A stretch of DNA of 64,000 nucleotides from positions 71,704-135,703 of the forward strand of contig CAYJCW010000003.1 of the NCBI GenBank assembly GCA_964368785.1. The letters are read 5' to 3'. Each line of letters begins with the position of its first letter. The first letter of the stretch is position 1. The DNA is from an uncultured Candidatus Saccharibacteria bacterium (GTDB taxonomy: Bacteria > Patescibacteriota > Saccharimonadia > Saccharimonadales > Saccharimonadaceae). The translations under genes were made by a program, and so were the position numbers. Below the pieces are notes generated by a model, which worked only from the letters and a program-made list of their open reading frames with translations, was not told the origin of the DNA and made no database searches. Positions 9,940 to 17,441 of the stretch are shown piece by piece.

Positions 9940-11695
9940 ATTTCTCTCGTATTTTTTGACTGATCATTGCTCGTGGAATCTCGTACAGCTTTACGATCTC
10001 ACTCCGTAACCACTTCGTCCGTGCTTCGAGCGACTCAAGATTCCAGGTTTCACAGTTATCGGCAATCCATCTAGTTGTGTAGTTTTCTGCGCCACCGATA
10101 CCATCACGCTTGTTGAGGTTACCAGCAAAGGTAAGATTCTTGTTTGGCGTAGGTGGATAGCCAACAATAGCGATATTGGCAAGTTTGCCATAAAACCGCT
10201 GATTAATTGTTTCCCAGTCTTCGCCTAGCTCTTCCTTCCATGCATCATCAAGCCTAAAGCCGTAAATTGCTTTTGGCATGATGTGAGCAACCTTTTGATG
10301 GAGAGAGCGAGTGTTTCCATCGTGTGCAATATCGAGTTCACATAACAAGACCCTTGCCTTGCTATCGGAAATGTCTTCATTAGTAATAGCAAATTCAATC
10401 CTCTCATCAGTAACATTGCGAGATTTACTTGGGTCGCCCGCACCTTCCATGTACCAGAGATAGGCATCGTAAAAGGAGCTCATCTCGTAGTCTTTGTAGC
10501 ACTTGTATACTGCATTTGCCGTACTGTTAATGAGCTTGAAGCCTCCAGTGCCGCCAATCTCATCACGCCTCTGCTGTTTTCCAACCACCGTTAGTATATT
10601 GCGGAAATCGTTCCTCGTCAGCTCGCCTTGCTTGTAATACTCCAATAGTTGGATAAAGAATGACAGATGTGACACTGCGACACTGTGCGTAGACGATTCG
10701 CTCTTACCTTGCATGTCTTCGTCGAACACGCTCAACATCTTGTGCTTGGTGATATCATCTTTCCATAGTAGATAGATATAGTCGTCTAGAATTGACGTGA
10801 TGTCCGACCATACTGCACGCAACTGGTCTAGTGACTGGTCTGGCGTGACACTGCTGTAATATTCCTTGAACTTCTCGTAGGTATTCTTTTCGTTGATAAC
10901 TTTGTCGTTGTACTTAATGGTGAGGAACACTCGGAAGAACCCGGTGATAAGTTGCGCACCAACACCAACAAATTCGCCACTTCTTGTTAGTGACTTTTCA
11001 ATCTTGAGCCAGTAGTCGTGATACACCATATTGCGTGCTTCTTCGGAATTGAGCATCAGAGCGAAGTTGCGTATCTTATCTCCATCGGTGAGCGGCTCAC
11101 CTGTAGCGTTGATATTCTCGAACACTACTTGTGGATTGTCGTCTTCTGGCGTGAGCAGAATTGATATCATGTCGATACGTTCGAGCACATCAAGATAGGG
11201 GTCGATTTTATCGAGGTTGCTTATCTTACCTACGAAGAAGGTATACATATCAAAGAGCTTCGACTGCTCGTCAACTGGTACAGTTTTACGTCGTAATATT
11301 CTATCAAAGGTCTCTCTGTCAGATGTTGCTCCGCGCAAGATAACCTTTAGCTCGCCATCATCCTCGTTATACAAAAATGTTTTACCTAGCTCTTCAGCAG
11401 TGTACTTCCACGATTTGCGAGAATCGTCGAGTAAGGCATGGTAGCAAGCGGTAATGAATAATAGTGTCGTAGTGAGTCGTTGCTGACCGTCAATTACTAC
11501 ACGATTTATATCGTCCTGAAAGAATACGATGCTGCCGAAGTAATGGCGCTTCGAATTTGATACTGTATCGTGGATACTCTCCCAGAAAGCCAGACCCTGC
11601 ATAGGCTTCCATGCGTACGGTCGCTGAAAGTCTGGAATCTTGAAGAATTGCGACTCTGCGATGAAGCTATGGAGATTGGTCTGCACTGCTCGCAT
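9914..11695 (-). CDS. DUF262 + DUF1524-like protein (GmrSD/SspE-like)
   Basis: IPDFQRPYAW, VIDGQQRLTT, FENINATGEPLT; C-terminal HIMP...ANI region resembles a diverged DUF1524 HNH domain. Confidence 0.85.
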   Translation of the reverse strand: MRAVQTNLHSFIAESQFFKIPDFQRPYAWKPMQGLAFWESIHDTVSNSKRHYFGSIVFFQDDINRVVIDGQQRLTTTLLFITACYHALLDDSRKSWKYTAEELGKTFLYNEDDGELKVILRGATSDRETFDRILRRKTVPVDEQSKLFDMYTFFVGKISNLDKIDPYLDVLERIDMISILLTPEDDNPQVVFENINATGEPLTDGDKIRNFALMLNSEEARNMVYHDYWLKIEKSLTRSGEFVGVGAQLITGFFRVFLTIKYNDKVINEKNTYEKFKEYYSSVTPDQSLDQLRAVWSDITSILDDYIYLLWKDDITKHKMLSVFDEDMQGKSESSTHSVAVSHLSFFIQLLEYYKQGELTRNDFRNILTVVGKQQRRDEIGGTGGFKLINSTANAVYKCYKDYEMSSFYDAYLWYMEGAGDPSKSRNVTDERIEFAITNEDISDSKARVLLCELDIAHDGNTRSLHQKVAHIMPKAIYGFRLDDAWKEELGEDWETINQRFYGKLANIAIVGYPPTPNKNLTFAGNLNKRDGIGGAENYTTRWIADNCETWNLESLEARTKWLRSEIVKLYEIPRAMISQKIREKYGDHSEHS

Positions 11696-11703
11696 AATAG
11701 TTA

Positions 11704-14700
11704 TTAGTCCCTAATCACCAGGAAGTTAATAAGTTCAAAATCATCCAAGCCCGATACATCATTACTAAGCACGGTCGTTTCACCAATTCTGAAAATGCTG
11801 TCGATGTCTTTTTCGTTCTTGACGGTAATAATAGACTGAATAGCATTCGTCAGAAGATCGGTATATCTCGACATATCTTTGCCACTGTTCGTTTCTGCGT
11901 TAAACTTAGCAACCATATCACTATCTGGCGTATCAAAGCCCTTGCCGAGATGACGAAGCTTATTAAGCAGCTCTTTCGACTGCAAGTGATTGACAGCCAC
12001 ACGACCATCGTCAGCGATGTATACCAGGTAGAATGGATGCAAGCGATTCTGTCTATCAATATTTACGCCTTGGTTAACATTCTTGAGCACGAATATCACG
12101 CCAGGTGGCGTATCCTCGCTAGCGCGAGCAACAGCATGAATGCCAAACGGAAGTGCGTCGGCCTCACCGTACTTTCCCAGTAACTCTTGGAGATCAAGAT
12201 GGAACTCGTTCAATCCTAGATCCATTATAGAAACTCCACCGCTCATGTCTTCTAGATCAACCACCTCATTTTGGATCTTTTCAAGTTGACTCTTGCGATA
12301 CTCAAGCTCCGCATTGTCAGCTTCATCAATTGGATTATCGTTACCTGTGGCGGTAAGGTTTACCATACGCATGCGACCCTCGACACGCGCTTTGAGGTTG
12401 ATGTATTCGTCGAGCGAAATATTTGGCCAAAAGTTTGTTAGCTGAATGACATTATTTGTTGAGCCAATACGATCGACACGTCCAAAGCGTTGAATAATTC
12501 GCACGGGATTCCAGTGAATGTCGTAGTTTATAAGATAGTCACAGTCTTGAAGGTTCTGACCCTCCGAGATACAGTCGGTGCCAAAGAGGATGTCTATTTC
12601 GCCAGGGTTTTCATCAAACAGCATATCGCGGCCTTTTGATTTGGGGGAGAATAGCGTCAGTATCGTATTGAAATCTGGCTTGACCGTACGCGTGGTTGGA
12701 ATGGTCATTGCAGGGTTGCGCGTACCGGTCACAACGGCAGAATCAAGACCGAACTCATTCTTAATCTTACTCGCAAGTTCTCCATAGAGGTAATCTGCCG
12801 TATCGGCAAAGGCAGTAAATACGAGTACTTTTTTGTTGTTGCCGTTGAGTGGGTTGTGTATTTTGTCACGAATTATTTCGAGGAGCCGCTGCAGCTTGAG
12901 GTCGTGCTCGTCGGCAATTGGCGTGATCATTGCAAGTAGTTCATTGAGTGTCGCCTTGTCCTCTTCGAGCTTGGCACGCCAGCTTACGAGATCGATATCC
13001 GCGAAATCAATTTTAAGATCTTTGCCGACTGTCCATTCCGCTTCTTCTGGGTCTTCGTCGTACTCGATCGTATTGATATTTGACTGATTTACTGTCGTGC
13101 TCGTTGCGCGCCCCTGCTCGAATCGATCAATATCATCAGTAATACCGTCAATCAGATCATACATACGCTCGGAGGTCTTACGGAAGGCGTATACACTACT
13201 TTCGAGGCGCTTTAGCATATTTGTTATCATCAGGACATTACGACCGGTTTCACGGTTTGCCCAGCTACGACCCTTGGCACTTTCGAGGTCAACATATTTG
13301 CCGAGCTTTGATGGGAATACGTATCGCATCGGAGTGTATACATCCATATTGAGAGAGTCTATGCGATTAAAAATCTCGTCGAAAGTAACGCCCTCGATAT
13401 CAGTCAATTCTGGGCGCTCAGAGATAGGCTTAAGGCGTGTCGGGAATTTACCAACGTCTGATAGCGAATAATAGCGTTCGATATGTTTACGTGAACGTGC
13501 AATCGTTACACTGTCGAGCAGTTCGAAAAAGTCGAAGTGTAGCATGTCGAGAAGTGCCGATGTGGTTCGACTTTCTGGCGGAAGTTCATTCCAAGCCTTG
13601 AATGCGCTGCTCGCATCACGAAAAATCTTTTCAACTGGATTCTCGGTGCCTAGCGATGAATCGAGATGAGTTGAGTCGCCCTCTGCTGCGAGCATTAGCT
13701 GGTTACGTAGATCTGTGAATCTATTGTTGACAGGTGTCGCTGAAAGCATTAATACCTTTGTCTTTACGCCATCACGGATAATGCGATTCATGAGTTTCTG
13801 ATAGCGATTCTCATACTCATCGTCTTCCTTGCGATGAGTACTTAACTCACCGTTACGGAAATTGTGCGACTCGTCGATCACAACTAGGTCATAGTTGCCC
13901 CAGTTGAGGTTTTGTAGATCGATACCATTGCTGTCGCCACGCTCTCGACTCATATCAGTATGAAATAGGACATCATAGCGCAAACGATCTTCTGCTACCG
14001 GATTGTTTTTGTAGTTGCCCTTGAAGGTATTCCAGTTGTCTTTTAGCCGCTTCGGAACAAGTACAAGCACATTCTTGTTACGTGATTCGTAATATTTAAT
14101 TACACCAAGCGCAGAGAATGTCTTACCGAGACCTACGGAGTCAGCGAGAATACAACCATTGTGTTTTTCGAGCTTCGAAATACAACCAATAACGGCATCT
14201 TTTTGGAAGTCGTATAGCTTGCTCCAGATTACAGAATTCTTAAACCCGGTGGCTTCGTTTGGTAGGTAGTCGGCATTGAGGTCTTCAAGAAATTCGCTAA
14301 AGATATTGTACAGCGCAGCAAAATAGATAAGCTCTGGTGAATTCTCTTTGTATGCGGCTGTGATGTTTTCGAGTACTGATTCTGTAACGTCGGCAATCTT
14401 TTCGTCGTCATTCCATACAGACTCGAACGTGTCTATGAAATGTTGCGCCTGCGGTGAATAAACTTTCGTCGTGGTAGAGTATGCGTTGTGGCCTCTATCC
14501 GCTCCTAAGTCGGCCGTGGTGAAATTCATAAGAGGAGAATAGGCAGCGTCTTGTTCGCTGTTTTGTACGGACATAAAAGGCATCATTTGTTCGCCTGATA
14601 CGTTTGACCTAAACTTTACCTTCCGACGAATCCATTCAGCACACTCTTTGGCAATGGCTTGCTGGTTTAGCTCATTGCGAAGTTTTATCTCGAAGTCAGT

Positions 14701-14970
14701 ACCATACAAAGAGCGTTCGGCATTGAGACGTGGGATATAGAACTCCCGAGACTCTCGAGGTGCACGCTCGTTTGTAAATACTTCACCCGTAAACAGAAAA
14801 TTCAATTCGTCGACCTGCTCTAGCTCTCGCTTAAGCAACTGGTAAGCATAGATAGAAAAGCTGGCAGCAGCAATATCTACCTTACTGCCGGCACGAATTG
14901 TCATTTTAAGATCATCAATAACTCTGTTTGAAATATTATCGAAGAAGACTGGGTTGTTAGTTTGGTTCAT
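11704..14970 (-). CDS. SNF2-family helicase with N-terminal PLD-like domain, type III R-M associated
   Basis: LADSVGLGKT, VIDESHNFRN, LSATPVNN, GTDCISEGQNLQDC, QRFGRVDRIGS; N-terminal AASFSIYAY...FRSN. Confidence 0.9.
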   Translation of the reverse strand: MNQTNNPVFFDNISNRVIDDLKMTIRAGSKVDIAAASFSIYAYQLLKRELEQVDELNFLFTGEVFTNERAPRESREFYIPRLNAERSLYGTDFEIKLRNELNQQAIAKECAEWIRRKVKFRSNVSGEQMMPFMSVQNSEQDAAYSPLMNFTTADLGADRGHNAYSTTTKVYSPQAQHFIDTFESVWNDDEKIADVTESVLENITAAYKENSPELIYFAALYNIFSEFLEDLNADYLPNEATGFKNSVIWSKLYDFQKDAVIGCISKLEKHNGCILADSVGLGKTFSALGVIKYYESRNKNVLVLVPKRLKDNWNTFKGNYKNNPVAEDRLRYDVLFHTDMSRERGDSNGIDLQNLNWGNYDLVVIDESHNFRNGELSTHRKEDDEYENRYQKLMNRIIRDGVKTKVLMLSATPVNNRFTDLRNQLMLAAEGDSTHLDSSLGTENPVEKIFRDASSAFKAWNELPPESRTTSALLDMLHFDFFELLDSVTIARSRKHIERYYSLSDVGKFPTRLKPISERPELTDIEGVTFDEIFNRIDSLNMDVYTPMRYVFPSKLGKYVDLESAKGRSWANRETGRNVLMITNMLKRLESSVYAFRKTSERMYDLIDGITDDIDRFEQGRATSTTVNQSNINTIEYDEDPEEAEWTVGKDLKIDFADIDLVSWRAKLEEDKATLNELLAMITPIADEHDLKLQRLLEIIRDKIHNPLNGNNKKVLVFTAFADTADYLYGELASKIKNEFGLDSAVVTGTRNPAMTIPTTRTVKPDFNTILTLFSPKSKGRDMLFDENPGEIDILFGTDCISEGQNLQDCDYLINYDIHWNPVRIIQRFGRVDRIGSTNNVIQLTNFWPNISLDEYINLKARVEGRMRMVNLTATGNDNPIDEADNAELEYRKSQLEKIQNEVVDLEDMSGGVSIMDLGLNEFHLDLQELLGKYGEADALPFGIHAVARASEDTPPGVIFVLKNVNQGVNIDRQNRLHPFYLVYIADDGRVAVNHLQSKELLNKLRHLGKGFDTPDSDMVAKFNAETNSGKDMSRYTDLLTNAIQSIITVKNEKDIDSIFRIGETTVLSNDVSGLDDFELINFLVIRD

Positions 14971-15019
14971 CTGTGCATATTATACCCTGTTTTACAGATA
15001 AAAATAATCCGACGAACAA

Positions 15020-15083
15020 AGAAAAAAAGATTCATGCTTCCTCGCAGGCGAGTGGGGCATGAATCTTCCTGACTTGTATTGTA
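15020..15083 (-). ncRNA. putative small hairpin RNA or terminator with its own extended -10 promoter
   Basis: On the minus strand, TGcTACAAT (-10 at 15078-15083) then AAGATTCATGC/GCATGAATCTT 11-bp stem with inner CTCG/CGAG stem and a T-run. Confidence 0.45.
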
Positions 15084-15091
15084 GCAGATTG

Positions 15092-15508
15092 TTATTTTTC
15101 GTTTACAAACGCCTGTAGCGTTACCATCTCTTTAGTCATTTGGTCAGGCACATTTCGGAGATCAATTTCAATCCATGAGTCCATAACACCGTGTTCTTGG
15201 AGGTCGATCTTCTCGCCGCTAAAACAATCGTCGTCGAACCATAGGAATGGCTGCGAGAAATCAATAGCTTCGGTTTTCTTCAGGCTCCACGTTACCGGTT
15301 TGAACTCCTCAAGCCATGTGCGCAGATCTTGATGAGATGCTCGATTGAGATATTCAATCGCGTGAGTAGGGTCACCATTCATACAATGTGTTGTTAGCCA
15401 GTACACATCAAAGTGTTCGACTGCATACTGTATAAATTCAGCCGCACCAATCGCGAGGTTCTCTTCATTGGCGAGAAGTACGCCATCGATATCTAAATAA
15501 ATGTTCAT
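15092..15508 (-). CDS. HAD-superfamily domain protein (Swiss-Army-Knife RNA-repair-type HAD-like)
   Basis: MNIYLDIDGVL, WLTT, LWFDDD; start placed at ATG 15508, which overlaps the upstream stop. Confidence 0.75.
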   Translation of the reverse strand: MNIYLDIDGVLLANEENLAIGAAEFIQYAVEHFDVYWLTTHCMNGDPTHAIEYLNRASHQDLRTWLEEFKPVTWSLKKTEAIDFSQPFLWFDDDCFSGEKIDLQEHGVMDSWIEIDLRNVPDQMTKEMVTLQAFVNEK

Positions 15509-15774
15509 CAGTCTTTCATAGCCTCCTTTAGCCAATCTCCCTCGTCTTCGATAGGATATAACACCTTCTTACCGTCTCGTCGCCACTGATGTCTGCAATC
15601 GTTGCAGGAGTAATCTGGCTCGCTATCGTCAACCAGACAACCTCCAAGAATAACCCTGCCATCTTCAAGGTCTTTTTCGAGTTTCTTATCAAAAGCAGGC
15701 ATACCCATGAGTACAAGAGCAACGTGCGTTGATTTGCACGTCGGACAACTGAAGGATGAAGCATTACTTGTCAT
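15508..15774 (-). CDS. small Zn-ribbon protein, 88 aa
   Basis: CPTC...GGC...YSCNDC; overlaps both neighbouring genes. Confidence 0.65.
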   Translation of the reverse strand: MTSNASSFSCPTCKSTHVALVLMGMPAFDKKLEKDLEDGRVILGGCLVDDSEPDYSCNDCRHQWRRDGKKVLYPIEDEGDWLKEAMKD

Positions 15775-15931
15775 GGTTGATCGTCGGCAGAATTACGGTT
15801 ATCAGCTCGTCAGTCTCTTGCTGCGACATAGCTTGTTTCTTTGGCGGAGCAGCCTTCTTACTGCGCTTCTTTGCCGCACCGATGAGCACCAGTACTCCAA
15901 TAGTAGCGCCAAAAGCAATAAGCTCGATCAC
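15764..15931 (-). CDS. small single-TM protein, 55 aa (not in the ORF track)
   Basis: GTG start overlaps the DUF2779 stop, GAGGTG RBS; MIELIAFGATIGVLVLIGAAKKRSKKAAPPKKQAMSQQETDELITVILPTINHDK. Confidence 0.65.
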   Translation of the reverse strand: MIELIAFGATIGVLVLIGAAKKRSKKAAPPKKQAMSQQETDELITVILPTINHDK

Positions 15932-17421
15932 GATCGCACCTCAATTAGTTCTTTGAGCTTCTCGTAAATCGCTACCATCGCATACGTATCTAATCCACAA
16001 TACTCTCGCAGGTCAGCGAGTATCTGGTCTTTGTCGGGTCGCGTACCGTCAACAATTACTTCTCGCCACGAACGGCTGGCAGTCGAGCCTTCTTGAATAC
16101 CAAGAGTCTTATAGGACAGCTCAGGGCATAGTAGCGGCAGCACCTTCTTGATTGAATACTTACCCTTGAGCCGTTTATCGAGATACATTCGCTTGCTAAA
16201 TACGTCAGCGAGATCAACCGTACGCTTGTTGAGGTCTTCAAAAAACGGAGCATGCTCTGGATAGAGCTTGGCGTACTCTTTATGGCGTGAGCACTCGAAG
16301 GTCTTATTCCACACGATAATTGAGCCTATACTGCCAATATCTTGCTTCAGGTGGGCGATGACCCCCTCGGCAGGGTTTGTGTTCGTGTCGTGAAGATACT
16401 CGGTATGCGTCAGCGTACCGTCCTCTTGCATGATATGTAGCGAATATTGGAAGACAACCTGTTGGTACGGAAAAGTATGATCAAAAGGCGGAAAGATATG
16501 GTTGATCGACTCGTAATCAAGGAAATAGGCTGGAAACTCAATATCTCCAAGAAATGCCCGAATAGCTTCTTTATCGATAATAATCTCATCAAGCTTCGTC
16601 ACCCGTACTTGGTCTTGCTGATGAGCTTGTAGCTTGGTTGATTCTGGAATGTCGACGATGAGCTTTACTTCGTCATCTTCTAGGCTTCCTATCAGCTTGT
16701 CCGTGCCAGCGCCTTTATTAGAGGCAAGGTCGTAGATGCTATATTCAGGAATATCTGGATGAAGCTTATGGAAGATATCTCGGTATTCGCTCGCAGCACC
16801 AAGCCCAACGTAGCGGAGCGAGTCACTTGGCATTGTATCACTCTCGGCTGTCTTGGCGGCTTCTCGCATCTTCCCAGGGGCATTCAGAACTTCTTTGTTT
16901 ACTTTGTCGGTAACATCAGTAAACATCACGATATCTTCGAGCTTAATGTCACCGCTACGAAGATACTCTTTGTTAGCGTGCAGTACTTGGGCAGTTCGCA
17001 CAGGAAAGCCACTCCACTCGATAACCGTCTTCTGAAACGCAAGGTCGCAGATATGCTCTTTGTCTGGTGACGTAGTAGCTTTAATTTCTGTCAGCGTATA
17101 GGCATCGCCATCACTCGTAATGGCGTCGGCAATACACAGGAAGCCATCATAGAGGAAGGCTGCTTGTAAAATGGTGTCGACACCTTGCTTGAGCAGTGCT
17201 TTCGTTTCGTCCGCCCATTCTTGCATGTCTGCATAGTCGTTACGATCGAGACGTATTGCTTCGGGGAATATATGCTCGGCTAGCTTCTCGAACTCTCGCC
17301 CCTCGTCGATGATAGCCTGTGAGTTTTCGTCAGGTATTGGTAGAAAGTCTGGATCGTGTTTGCGAAGCCAGAGCCATGCTGGGTGTTTGAGGTAGGTTAT
17401 GTAGTCGGTTTTGGAAATCAT
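15928..17421 (-). CDS. DUF2779 domain protein (PD-(D/E)xK-like N-terminus plus RNase H-like domain)
   Basis: CIADAI...EIKAT; AYFLDYES, PYQQVVFQYSLH, YSIKKVLP, YCGLDTYAM. Confidence 0.8.
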   Translation of the reverse strand: MISKTDYITYLKHPAWLWLRKHDPDFLPIPDENSQAIIDEGREFEKLAEHIFPEAIRLDRNDYADMQEWADETKALLKQGVDTILQAAFLYDGFLCIADAITSDGDAYTLTEIKATTSPDKEHICDLAFQKTVIEWSGFPVRTAQVLHANKEYLRSGDIKLEDIVMFTDVTDKVNKEVLNAPGKMREAAKTAESDTMPSDSLRYVGLGAASEYRDIFHKLHPDIPEYSIYDLASNKGAGTDKLIGSLEDDEVKLIVDIPESTKLQAHQQDQVRVTKLDEIIIDKEAIRAFLGDIEFPAYFLDYESINHIFPPFDHTFPYQQVVFQYSLHIMQEDGTLTHTEYLHDTNTNPAEGVIAHLKQDIGSIGSIIVWNKTFECSRHKEYAKLYPEHAPFFEDLNKRTVDLADVFSKRMYLDKRLKGKYSIKKVLPLLCPELSYKTLGIQEGSTASRSWREVIVDGTRPDKDQILADLREYCGLDTYAMVAIYEKLKELIEVRS

Positions 17422-17441
17422 ATTTTACTCCTCAGAATGCC

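Noticed and set aside
884-14970. DISARM or BREX system
   Set aside because: No DUF1998 (DrmB), PglZ or BrxC; Mod and Res are typical type III
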